Of a stretch of 64,000 nt of DNA, positions 50,146-62,250 are shown one piece after another; the first letter of the stretch is position 1, and every line of letters starts with the position of its first letter. Position numbers and translations under genes: made by a program. The DNA is taken from contig NC_068982.1 in assembly GCF_001194135.2 (NCBI RefSeq), positions 97,887,009 through 97,951,008 of the forward strand, in the 5' to 3' direction. The notes under the pieces are model-generated. The model saw only the letters and a list, made by a program, of their open reading frames with translations, ran no database searches and was not told the origin of the DNA. The DNA comes from Octopus bimaculoides (Eukaryota).

Positions 50146-50954
50146 CACTTTATAGGTCTTGTGCTTCAACTGATTTGGATGGAAACTTACTTTTAATATT
50201 TTTAGTTTGGAAATTAAAGTACATTGCATATATTACAATATAATAAAAGCTATATAATATAGTTAATCAGTGTGCTAAACAGAGTTAGTATACTATCCAT
50301 ATAAATTTTCCTGCGTGGTTGGTCAGATTTCATCATGGTTTTAGTAATTACTCTATTTATCACTTTCCTAAAGTGATAAATAGACCCTCCTGATCTTAGT
50401 ATTTATAAGGGCCTTTATGTAAGTAGCCCTTCTAATTAAGTACCCTTAAGAAACTATAATATCATGCATGGATTCACACTAAAAACTTTTAAAACCTATA
50501 TTATACCTATTAGTTTATAATTAATATATAGTTAACGTTCCTATAACATCAATATTCCTTTAGTTAATACCAGGTGTCAGTCTTTATAGATACAAACTAA
50601 ATAAGTAAATAAACAATTTTTAGTTTAAATACTTGAATTATCATACATTTTCTATAAAATCTTCTCTACTGATGTTAATAAGGTATATATACTTCATCAT
50701 GGTTTTAGTGATTAAGCTATTTAATTCCTTTTCTATGATGTTCTACCCTTCCAGATAATTTTATTATTTTATAATACCCTTTATGAAATAAACCTAATTT
50801 TTGTACCCTAGAAATTCATATTTAGCTTATATATAACAGTACCAGCATCTTCACAACTTACAGTAAACTGCTTAGATTATAATTTAATTAATATAAAGTT
50901 AGTATGTTCTTTCGCCTTTATTAAATACCACTATCTAATAAGTTAATATTTATG

Positions 50955-51098
50955 TATAGCGGTTCGGCAAAAGAGACCGATAGAATAAGTACTAGGTTTC
51001 CAAAGAATAAGTCCTGGGGTCGATTTGCTCGACTAAAGGCGGTGCTCCAGCATGGCCACAGTCAAAAGACTGAAACAAGTAAAAGAGTAAAAGAGTAA
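50955..51098 (+). mobile_element. SINE family C tail-only insertion
   Basis: TAGCGGTTCGGCAAAAGAGACCGATAGAATAAGTACTAGG...GAAACAAGTAAAAGAGTAAAAGAGTA. Confidence 0.92.
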
Positions 51099-52173
51099 AT
51101 ATTAAACTATTCCTATGTAATTTCTTTCCTCCTTCTATTGTGGTAAATTTTGGTATATACTCAAAAGTATTCAAAACTTTTATCTTTTTGGTTATAATAT
51201 TCTTCTTAATAATCTTTTTGATAACCCTAAAGTTTAACTTTATATAATATAGCAATATTGTTTAAAGTATTCAACTATAGTATCCCATGATAAAATTTCC
51301 CCTGTATTATCATCATTGGTTTTACTAGAGTCTTGCCCCTTTATTTGACAGCTGACATCTTGATTTAAGATTTCCTTTACCAAATCTCATTATATTGCTT
51401 CAAATTAATCTTGATAGTTTTATGACTATACCCACTATGATTTCTGTCGACTCCCTCAGCCCTTTTCCTAACAGACACTGCTCCTTGTTCCTTGGCCTTA
51501 GATTTTGATATACAAAGATTTGATAAACAAGACTATAAATTAAAACTGATCCCAAGAAACAGTGACAAGCTAGATCTCTAACAAGTCCTTTTTCCTCGTA
51601 CCTTAGTAGCTTCTAAGCTGAAGTGGAAACAGCATGTTCTTTGTCTATCTCCTTACCTTCTTGGTGGTTTTAGGTAGAATTATACTAATGTGTCTANNNN
51701 NNNNNNNNNNNNNNNNNNNNNNNNNNNNNNNNNNNNNNNNNNNNNNNNNNNNNNNNNNNNNNNNNNNNNNNNNNNNNNNNNNNNNNNNNNNNNNNNNNNN
51801 NNNNNNNNNNNNNNNNNNNNNNNNNNNNNNNNNNNNNNNNNNNNNNNNNNNNNNNNNNNNNNNNNNNNNNNNNNNNNNNNNNNNNNNNNNNNNNNNNNNN
51901 NNNNNNNNNNNNNNNNNNNNNNNNNNNNNNNNNNNNNNNNNNNNNNNNNNNNNNNNNNNNNNNNNNNNNNNNNNNNNNNNNNNNNNNNNNNNNNNNNNNN
52001 NNNNNNNNNNNNNNNNNNNNNNNNNNNNNNNNNNNNNNNNNNNNNNNNNNNNNNNNNNNNNNNNNNNNNNNNNNNNNNNNNNNNNNNNNNNNNNNNNNNN
52101 NNNNNNNNNNNNNNNNNNNNNNNNNNNNNNNNNNNNNNNNNNNNNNNNNNNNNNNNNNNNNNNNNNNNNNNNN

Positions 52174-52250
<77 letters not shown>

Positions 52251-52859
52251 ACGCAGAAATTGAACATCATGAAATCTAGTCCAACAGACGTTAGCAACTG
52301 TTCTTCATTGACATAATTACATTCAGTTGAATAGAATTGAAATTGATGGAGAGACATCTTTTTTTCTTTGTTTCATATTTAAATTGTTCTGGTGAACAAC
52401 TGCCACTCCCTCAGTAATTTTAATTCAAAACTGATGTAGATTTTCGTCATTGTTTCCAATGAAATGGAAGAGTAATCATTAATTTGGACATTAATCTGTA
52501 AGTGTTCCATTGATCTGATTGAAGTCTGCTGTATTTCCTTACAAAAAACAACTTATAAGATTTGCTGATGGAGAAGAAAATAAAGCGCGTGTGTATTTTA
52601 TTATAAATTATAATTAAAAAAAGAAAGAAGGAAAACTACGTTAATTTACAAAGTGCTGAGGAACGAATCTCCAACTTTAAAAGTTGGTGTGTAAACTTTA
52701 TCAAAAGTGTAAAGTTTCAGAATATCTATGTCTGTAGGAAGCTGGAAAGACAAGGTAACAGACACTGGAAGTTCAAAGACACCTACTGTAGGGAATCAAG
52801 TTCATAAAGCTATTATATTTTGAACTTATGATGCACCACGAATCCTTGCTTAAGACCAC

Positions 52860-53050
52860 CCTGACAGGAAATATGGAAGAGAAAAAAGCAAGACGCCGTC
52901 CATCAAAGACTTTTGTGGACTGACGATATCAAAGAAAGGACTTAGAAACAAGAGTCCAGCTGAATGTTTGAATGCAGCATAATACAGAGGAAACTGGAGA
53001 GTCTTCGTTAGCCGATTCTTGGTCACAAACAGAACATCGGGCTGATGGCT
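52860..53050 (+). mobile_element. RTE-type LINE 3' coding remnant
   Basis: GKYGREK..RRP..T..DDIKE..LRNKSPAECLNAA*YRGNWRVFVSR resembles the RTE C-terminus (G.R.RGR..W.D.IKE..G...E....A.DR..WR). Confidence 0.55.
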
Positions 53051-53359
53051 GACGAGGTCCTTAAGTAAATTCCAGACGAATGAATACTGGATATTTCTAT
53101 TGAGATGGCAGCCTAGCTGTTTGGAAGCTTTACGTTTACAATTTTGTGACAAATCTCTCCAAGATCAAAGCAATCCCATCTTCTTCCGGAGTCGATATAT
53201 GATGTCGTAGGACAATCAGATGAATGTCCGTCGAAGTTTGTTCCTAGCCAAAAGAAATCATTAGTAACAAGTGGTGGGATGGCGAAGTGGCAAGCCTTTA
53301 AAGCGCTGAACAAAACTGCGTGTGCTATTTTGTTACATTTATGCAATTTTGAGTTGAAA

Positions 53360-53600
53360 TCCAGCTGAGATCGACATTCCCTTTCGCCTCTTGGGTCTAT
53401 TAAAAAGAGTACCAGTCAAAATACTGGGATCGACTTAGGGGAACCTTTACCCTAAATTTTGCCTCCTTTCTATTTTTGTACCTATTATTGTCTGTATATT
53501 TCTGATTGTAGATTGACAGAATCATTAGAGCGTCGACCAAAATGCCATTCGGTATTTTTCCTGGTTCTTCACAGTCTCGGTTCAAATGCCGTCAAGATCC
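53360..53600 (-). mobile_element. SINE family A, old
   Basis: GAGTACCAGTCAAAATACTGGGATCGAC core and CCAAAATGCCATTCGGTATTT head traces. Confidence 0.5.
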
Positions 53601-54809
53601 AGGGCCTTTATTTAAAGTGCCAGTTAAGGGCTGGAGCCGATGAAAACAATTAACCTGTCCTTCAAAATGCTGTTCCTTGCATCTTAGCTAGAAAGTATTA
53701 GTTTTCTATATTTTTGGCGAATGTCGCAAACTAGAAATATATGTCAAGCATGTCTGTTAGTCCATGAGTTGGTTTCGATTTTCTATGGAAAAGACTTCAC
53801 TCTTTCTTGTCATCAACGGCAACTTAAAGAAGAAAACTTCGACCTCTCATATTCCAATTTGTTTTCTTCTTATTGCTCAAATATCTTTCAGTTTCTTTGT
53901 AAGTACCAATCATAATTGATTTTTGTCATAATTATTAGTTGTCTTCAAGCTGACGAAAATGACGAAAGCAAGTAGTAACTTTTACGATATCTACCTCAAA
54001 TATCTTACTCTTTTAAAAGTTCGAAACTGTCTATGGTCAATGAAACATGTATCTGTAACAAATTAAAGTCGTACGTTGTGTTATAGTATATAATTTCTTC
54101 CCTTACAAATACTGAATTCAGAACTAGTTTCCTTGCTCTAAGATAATAATGTAGATAAGTGAGTATTTGCTCCGATATTAGAGCTGAGTCGCCAGAAAAA
54201 TCAATATGTTGGAGTCGAGTCAATCAAGTGAGATGACATTCAGGCTAAGAGAAGGAAATTGTTACTAAGTCTGTGTCGGATGAGTTCACCAACAGTTCAG
54301 CAACAGTTCACCAACAGTTCACGAATGCTGCAACTCGCCTCCTCCCCACCTTTTTAAACCTAAGGCTTAAATGCTGATGAAATGATAAAAGAAATGATAA
54401 ATGTCTTCTCTAGCAACATGGATTCATAAAGATTGATACTTAACTGTAGATTGAATAAAGTTAAGCGGATGAGAAATGATCAGATAAATGAACTGAGGCG
54501 AGCAGAATTATACTTTCTTCGTGGAGACAGTCAAACACCTGCAACAGGTATGAACTGAAAACTGACGAAGGTGTTAATTCAATATATCTTGCAGATAGAT
54601 ATTTTCTCCGGAGTGGGGCAGGGAGGTGGATTGGCAAAATCGTTAGAGTGACCGACAAAATGCCTTGATCTATTCATTTCAGACTTTATGTTCCAAATTC
54701 TTACCTGTAAATAGTGAATATAGAAATCGTTTCTTCAATCTAGGATAGATAACGTAAGCAGTATCATCCTGACGTAGATAAAAAATAAAGTACTAGTCTC
54801 TGTAAAGAA

Positions 54810-54990
54810 CCGTGGCTTAGTGTTTAGAGTGCTCGGCTCGTGCTCGTGGGTTCAGTTCCAGAGTTTGACACACGTTGTGCTCTTGAACAAGACACATCAT
54901 TTCACGTTCCTCCAAACTATTCAGCTGTACATAAGCACCATCTGGGTAGGGGTATAGCTCTCTCTCTCGCTCACTTCGCTGGTTCAAGAG
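54810..54990 (+). mobile_element. SINE family B, old
   Basis: GTGGCTTAGTGTTTAGAGTGCTCGGCTCG..GGGTTCAGTTCC..TCTTGAACAAGACACATCATTTCACG. Confidence 0.7.
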
Positions 54991-55819
54991 TCTGAGGGCT
55001 GAATAGATACCTAAAACAATTATCGAAAGCATGGTATAAGTTACCAGGGTGTAGTAGCTCATGCAGTGGGTTAACAGGGTACAGTACAACTCAAACTCCC
55101 CACACAACTGTGGGGCAACATCAACAGATTTCCTACGAGCACCTGTTGAGAGGGGATTGGTGTACACTGTCATCACACCAATATCATCTATCTGTATTAC
55201 TTTATATTACTGTCAATACAATACATTCAGATACACAATCATTCATTTATATATATATACTCCTCCCTCTATCTCTCCCTTCCTCCTCCTCTCTCTCTCT
55301 CTCTCTAGCTCTTGCTTCCTGATGTTGGGCGTCATTAAAAAGACAACGTATCTTAAGAAATCATTGTTAAACAACTATTTATCTCCCTTTCTATCTTAAA
55401 ACATTTCTACAAATGGAAACCAGATCGGAAGCTACTACTAACCGAATGAAACTCTTTTGTCTTGAAAGCAGAGAGACTCAGTGGATAAATGTAGTTCTAG
55501 ACACACATTGACCGAGTGAAAGAGAGATAGTGACGGCCATACATCTTTTTTGTCACTGCTGACCAAGGTATAAAAAACAATAAATACAAGTCTTGATTTT
55601 TTTGTTGTTTCTTTCTTGTCAGACAGTGGAAATAATGCGTTCAGTATTATCCAAAAGTAGGTCGCAGGTGAGTAGCAATGGACTGGCCAAAGGTTCCAAT
55701 CTTTAGTTAAAGGAAAATTTTGGGTTTCGATCTTTACAAGTACATAAAAGTGTATTTGTATTCTTTTCGTGTGTATTTAAATACACACGAATTTACAAAA
55801 TGCAAGCATACTTGTGTAA

Positions 55820-56275
55820 GACGAGGTGGTATCAAAAGGTTCCTGGACTAGTTATGTTTAATAAAAAATACTTTATTTACCCAAGTGTTAACATCATCGC
55901 TTTCGAAATAGTCACCTTGCGCAGCGATACACCGGTTCCAGTGTTCCTGCCACTTTTGCAATCCGGCCTGGAAGTCGTTTTTCGAAAGCGAATCGAGGAC
56001 CTTCTACGATTCGTTCTTCGTTTCAACAACGCTGTTCAAACGGTGACCTTTGAGCTGCATTTTCATCTTGGGGAAGAGATGGAAGTCTGCAAGCGCTAAA
56101 TCTGGCGAATAGGGCAGGTGCAGAAGCGATACCATATTTAATTTTGTCGAGAAGTTCACGAGTGAAGAGAGCTCGGTGATAGGGTGCATTGTCGTAGCGA
56201 AGCATCCAATTCTACGCGCTCCACTCATCTGGTCGCTTTCGCCGAATGTCCTCCCTCAAACGCTTCAAAACATAG
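55820..56275 (-). mobile_element. Mariner transposase C-terminal fragment with TIR
   Basis: LRYDNAPYHRA...LPYSPDLALADFHLFPKMKMQLKGHR...FQAGLQKWQEHWNRCIAAQGDYFE. TIR ACGAGGTGGTATCAAAAGGTTCC at 55821. Confidence 0.92.
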
Positions 56276-56559
56276 TTGATTGTTCTCAGACGATCCTCAC
56301 ATATAACTGTGCATATGTTTGTGCGCGCACGCGCGTGTGTGGCGGGGTTGCACACACACACACACGTGTGTGTATGCATATGATAACGGCTATTAATTTA
56401 GAAACATACCCATTGCTGTCCTGTTGTTTCCAGAGAATCAAACTGCCCCCCCCCCACCAATAATGACAATTTCGGAGAATTTTCTACTTGCACGAGATTA
56501 TTTCCCCTTTTTATTTGCAATTTGTCGCATGAGGTATCTTTGTTTACTCTTCTCACAAA

Positions 56560-57958
56560 CAGAAAATATCTTTCATGAAAAATAGAAAAAGCCATCGGAG
56601 AGGCAAAAAATTGGCATTCAGGTTGGATTTCAACCCTTGACTTTCATTTCTCTGTGTAGAATGTCATCCAGCTCCAAAATTCCTAAATATCTATATCTAC
56701 TACCGTCTGGTTCACCCATGGTCTCTCCTGATGGTAACTACTATCCTCTGCAGGCTGCTTTCTTCCCTCTTTTTATATTAAGTACTGAGCATTTGGTAAT
56801 CCTAAATTCCGTACCGATGTCCCTACTACACTTCTGGACTGTTTTGGTTATGGTATCTTTTTTTTTTTTTTCAGATTTCCCAAATAATTTCAGGTCATCC
56901 ATAAATAGAAGATGGCTCAATGATGGGCCTTTCTTCCCACATCGGTAACCCATCTTAACTTTCCTAAGTGTCGTTGTTATGGGTATTAGTGCAATTACAA
57001 AAAGTAACGGAGAAAACGTGTCACCTTGGAAGATTCCCCTTTTAATATCAACTTTTCCAAAGAATAAATTACTTGCATACTATTTGGTTTTCCACACTTT
57101 CATGCTATGCATTAGAAAATCTGTGATGTTGTCAGCAACACCAAACATGTGCAGGCATTCAACGATCCAAGAATGAGGCATCATATCTTATGACTTCTTA
57201 AAGTCAATCTGAGCCATAGACATGTTTGTATGATGTTTTTTACAATGCCTCAAAATTGTTTTATCGATGATCCTTGGTACCCTGAGAACTCTTCCTACAT
57301 CCTTTTTGTTTCCTTGGTAGTATTTCTTCCTGTGCCAGGAAAGTGTGTCTTTGCCGCATATATTCCAGTGAATATCTTCCAGATTATGTTTAGGCATGCT
57401 TTGGGACAGTAGTTTCCCACAATATTCCCCTTTCTTCTATCTTTCATTACAAGTGTTGTCCTACCAGTCACCATCCACGCAGGGACTGTACCTTTCTGGA
57501 CACACTCATTCAATGGGCTGCTAGTCTTTCGTGGCATCTCTTTAGCCAGAAGTCATGAATCCTATCCGGTTCGGGGGGCTTTCCACTTAGGCACTTTACC
57601 TATTCGTTCTTTCGCATCACCCGTGTTTATGACAATATTCCTTTGTTTCTTTCCTCCTTGTAATTCTGTCTTGATAGTTCCTATCCATATTGCACCTCTT
57701 ATATAGCACCACATTGTTTCCCCATAATCCGATCCAGAACTCCTTGGCTTGATTTGCATCAGGAGTAACATTTTTCCCATTGTCTCCTTGTAACTTTCGG
57801 AAGAATTGATTCGGGTCATTTTTGAACAATCTGTTCTCCTCGAACTGCTTATTTCTGTTCACAGATTTTCTGCCATGATCCTCTGTTTTAACTGCATCTA
57901 TTACTGCATCAAACCCGTTCTTTCGTATTTTATATTTCTTCTCTAATTTTTCTCAGTC
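56560..57958 (-). mobile_element. R4/Dong-like (RLE) non-LTR retrotransposon RT fragment
   Basis: NRLFKNDPNQFFRKL..KEFWIGLWG; PAWMVTGRTTLVMKD..GNYCPKACLN; IDFKKSYDM.PHSWI; KRGIFQGDTFSPLLFVI; SHLLFMDDLKLFGK; YRYLGILE. Several frameshifts. Confidence 0.92.
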
Positions 57959-57959
57959 G

Positions 57960-57997
<38 letters not shown>

Positions 57998-59067
57998 GTT
58001 GTTATTATACATTTAGTCTCAGCATCCAATTTAAATTCGCTGTTACGAAACTAAATTTATAATATTGTATAAATAATATACCCACAGTATTACCTAATAT
58101 ACTTGTGCATATAATTCTTTTCTTATAAAAGCTTATTGGACAATTGTGCGTACGTGAGTGTGTGTGTGTATGTGTGTACGTACGTGTGTGTGTTTGTATG
58201 TGTATGTACGTGCGTGTGTTTGTATATATAATATATATATGATATATATATATATGCATATATATATATATATATATATATANNNNNNNNNNNNNNNNNN
58301 NNNNNNNNNNNNNNNNNNNNNNNNNNNNNNNNNNNNNNNNNNNNNNNNNNNNNNNNNNNNNNNNNNNNNNNNNNNNNNNNNNNNNNNNNNNNNNNNNNNN
58401 NNNNNNNNNNNNNNNNNNNNNNNNNNNNNNNNNNNNNNNNNNNNNNNNNNNNNNNNNNNNNNNNNNNNNNNNNNNNNNNNNNNNNNNNNNNNNNNNNNNN
58501 NNNNNNNNNNNNNNNNNNNNNNNNNNNNNNNNNNNNNNNNNNNNNNNNNNNNNNNNNNNNNNNNNNNNNNNNNNNNNNNNNNNNNNNNNNNNNNNNNNNN
58601 NNNNNNNNNNNNNNNNNNNNNNNNNNNNNNNNNNNNNNNNNNNNNNNNNNNNNNNNNNNNNNNNNNNNNNNNNNNNNNNNNNNNNNNNNNNNNNNNNNNN
58701 NNNNNNNNNNNNNNNNNNNNNNNNNNNNNNNNNNNNNNNNNNNNNNNNNNNNNNNNNNNNNNNNNNNNNNNNNNNNNNNNNNNNNNNNNNNNNNNNNNNN
58801 NNNNNNNNNNNNNNNNNNNNNNNNNNNNNNNNNNNNNNNNNNNNNNNNNNNNNNNNNNNNNNNNNNNNNNNNNNNNNNNNNNNNNNNNNNNNNNNNNNNN
58901 NNNNNNNNNNNNNNNNNNNNNNNNNNNNNNNNNNNNNNNNNNNNNNNNNNNNNNNNNNNNNNNNNNNNNNNNNNNNNNNNNNNNNNNNNNNNNNNNNNNN
59001 NNNNNNNNNNNNNNNNNNNNNNNNNNNNNNNNNNNNNNNNNNNNNNNNNNNNNNNNNNNNNNNNNNN

Positions 59068-59345
59068 GCACTTTGCTCTCATGTATCTATTCCCTGCTGA
59101 GGTTACCGTGATCTTTTCCGTAGGCTTTTCTCTCCATGGATAAACCTAATGTTACCCCATTTTACACTATTGACATTTTCTGTGATATACGATACCTTCT
59201 TTTTTTCTTTTTTCTTTTGCCCCTACCGATCCCTTTTGATCGGATTTTTAAATTTTTATTTTATCTTTTTTTATTTTTAAAGAAAAGCTCTACAGTTGTA
59301 TTTGTCCTCTCTGTGTGCAGCCCTGTGTGGCTAATAAAAGAAAAA
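59068..59345 (+). mobile_element. LINE 3' end whose tail matches the family A SINE tail
   Basis: Ends TTGTATTTGTCCTCTCTGTGTGCAGCCCTGTGTGGCTAATAAAAGAAA, versus the SINE A tail TTTGTCCCCTCTATGTTTAGCCTCTTATGGGCAATAAAGAG (reverse complement of 17623-17668). Confidence 0.55.
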
Positions 59346-59776
59346 TATCTTACTATAATGGGCGTTATGTCCGTCTGTTGGTCTTTGTCTGTCCCCTCTT
59401 CACGGCCAGACAGCTGGACTAATGGTTACGATATTTTTCGGGATTACAAAGACGGTCGCCAGGAAAGGTTTTAGCATTAAAAAATCAGACAGTATGATTA
59501 GTTCGTGGATATCGATTTTCGAATTGATAAACCACCTTCGTATATTTATTAAAAATTCACCGACCACGAGTAACTCTGGATTTTCATCGTATAGTTCGTG
59601 GCCCCATCGTAGACGCGATGAACGGAAAGAATAAGTGGAGGGAATTTGATTCGACCAATAGAAGAGCAAGACAAAGGTGCAATAATTTAAGTAGAAAGCG
59701 AAAGGGTTGAAAGAGAGAGAAAAGTGAAAGAGAGGGGTAGAATGTAAGCAAGAGAGAAAAGTGTGTGTATGTGTGT

Positions 59777-59814
<38 letters not shown>

Positions 59815-61380
59815 GTGTGTGTGTGTAAATGAGAGAGTGAGAGAGAAAGAGAGATAGAAGTAAAGAAAGAAAGAGAGTGGGAGAAAGGGACAGAAGGAGA
59901 GAGAGAGAAAAGACAGAGAGCAGAAAGCCTGGAGAGGAAATGAAAAAGGTCGAAAAAAATTTTCTGATTGGTGGAAATCTGCATAAAACGATACGAAAAT
60001 TATAATAGATCATACGATCCCTAATGAGTACTAAAGGGGGAAATTAAGGTTTTGGGGTCATTAAATATCCAATAACTACAGCATGTCAGGAAAGGATATC
60101 ATTTATTTATTCTATTCATAATCAAAACCATATTTGCGTATTTTGTCCTGCTATTTTGTAGATTAGTCTACGATAGAGAATTCGCCTTTGTGAGTTCACC
60201 TCGTTCTTCTTAATGAGTAGAGAAGGATAAGAGGAGATTAGTTTGAGGTGATTTCCACTAACATAACATCACATCATCATTTGTGATTAGTACAAGGGCT
60301 GAATAATAATAAAAAAAAAAGTGGGGTTAAAGATATTAATCCTGTAGGAACTAAGCTATACTTAGCTATTTAAAAGTCAACGACACTGCCTGCGGATAAA
60401 AAGGCTGAATTATTTATTAAGTTCAGAAAAGAAAATGGCAGTAATTTCTCCAAATGTGATTCTAATATCAGAAATATGGAGAAGGATTGCTTTTATATGA
60501 AAAATCAATGAAGTGATTTTGAAAATGATTGGATGATATATATTGGTGTACATTGAGACTGCAATTTTCTCGGGTTGGTTGTGCGTTGTTCCAAATGCAG
60601 AAATCGGGAATATTTGAAAATGCAATATTCTGACTCAGCTTCTTGCTTCCACGCACTCGCACATACACAACACAACACAATACAACACACACACACACAC
60701 ACACACACATATTCATGCACATATATACCCACACATATATGCATACTGACAAGAATGAATATATGCATGAATATATGTATGTGCGTATCTCTCCACATGT
60801 GTATTTACGCACACACACACATGCATGCATAAATAAATACATAGATACATATCTGATGCTTGTATGATTGTATATAGCTCTCTCTCTCTCTCTCTCTCAC
60901 TCTACCTCCGCACACGCGCTCACACAGATAAGTACAACCATCCACATTTAAGGTGAGGTAACCATGTATCTCCTCTGCAGCAACAATCCCATACATGTTC
61001 CTCTTCAATACCTCAACCTCTAAATATCTCGCACAAAGCCACATCCCTCTATATTATACTCCCACTCAGTCGAGAAAGTTTTATATCTTGCGAGTTATAT
61101 GATGACCCTACTAATTCTCGTCTCTGGAAGAAATAACCAATATCCTCTGTAAAGTGGCTGGCGTTAAGAAGGGCGTCCGGTCGTAGAAATCATTTTAAAG
61201 CAGACATTGGAATACGATGTTGTCCACCGATACGTTAGTTCCTATCACACCGTCCTATCAATACCAGCATGGAAAATGGACGTCAAATGAATTTTGATAC
61301 TTCGAGATATACATATATTATATCATATTATACACAATAATGCGGCCAGGTTACGTCTCTTAATATTTAGGTTTAAACTA

Positions 61381-61580
61381 GGTTGCGAGCAGGCAGAATT
61401 GTTAGCATGCCAGGCAAAATGCTTAGCGGCATTTCATCTGTCTACACGTTCTGGGTTCAAATTCCGCCGAGGTTGACTTTGCCTTTCATCATTTCGAGGG
61501 TCGATAAATTAAGTATCAGTTGAACTCTGGGGTCAATGTAAAAAAAAAAATCTGGCTTTGTGCCAAAATTTGAAACCAAC
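61381..61580 (+). mobile_element. SINE family A
   Basis: GCGAGCAGGCAGAATTGTTAGC...GGGTTCAAATTCCGCCGAGGTTGACTTTGCC...GTGCCAAAATTTGAAACCAA. Confidence 0.9.
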
Positions 61581-61853
61581 ATCTAGATTTAAACTTCTCA
61601 TTTCATGGTGGTCGATGAAATTTGCAGCTAATAAAGTACTGAGGTTATGTTTTTGGCAAAGCTCGAGTTAAATATAGAATATGGCAGAAGATACTTACCC
61701 TAAAGTGCTACACAGTCAGATCGAACGCAAGACCAAGTAATTAAGAAGGAAGGTTCTAAACAACAGTCATGCTTACAATTTTGTCTTGTGCATCTTTTTT
61801 TAACTTTGCCTTTGTTGTGTTTTTGTTTCTCGCTCACTTTCTATGTCTCCATT

Positions 61854-61913
<60 letters not shown>

Positions 61914-61949
61914 ACAAATACGTGGTATGTGTGTGTCTGTCGCTTGAAC

Positions 61950-62166
61950 CTTATTGATTTGAAATTTTGGCACAAGGCCAATAATTTAGAGGGAAGGGCT
62001 TAGTCGCTTACATTGACCCCCACTAGTGATCAACTGGTACTTATTTTATCGACTCTTAATGGCAAAGTCGATCTCGGCGGAATTTGAACTCAGAACGTAA
62101 GAACGGACGAAATGCCCCTAAGCAGTTAACCCAGCGTGCCAACGATTCTACCAGTTTGCCACCTTA
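61950..62166 (-). mobile_element. SINE family A (inverted relative to 61381)
   Basis: ATTTTGGCACAAGGCC...GGCAAAGTCGATCTCGGCGGAATTTGAACTCAGAACG..CCAGTTTGCCACCTTA. Confidence 0.9.
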
Positions 62167-62193
62167 GAAATTTGTAATATTATATTTGATTAA

Positions 62194-62250
62194 GGCGGCG
62201 AGCTGGCAGAAACGTTAGCACGCCGAGCAAATGCTTAGCGGTATACCGTC
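62194..62250 (+). mobile_element. SINE family A head truncated by a LINE insertion
   Basis: AGGCGGCGAGCTGGCAGAAACGTTAGCACGCCGAGCAAATGCTTAGCGGTAT stops abruptly before the B box. Confidence 0.85.

Noticed and set aside
53147-53370. Open frame of about 75 codons (QISPRSKQSHLLPESIYDVVGQ...)
   Set aside because: No recognisable domain, no convincing donor, and it is sandwiched between an RTE remnant and a SINE.
59400-59640. Open frames on both strands in unique sequence
   Set aside because: No splice context or motif, and the lengths are within chance expectation.
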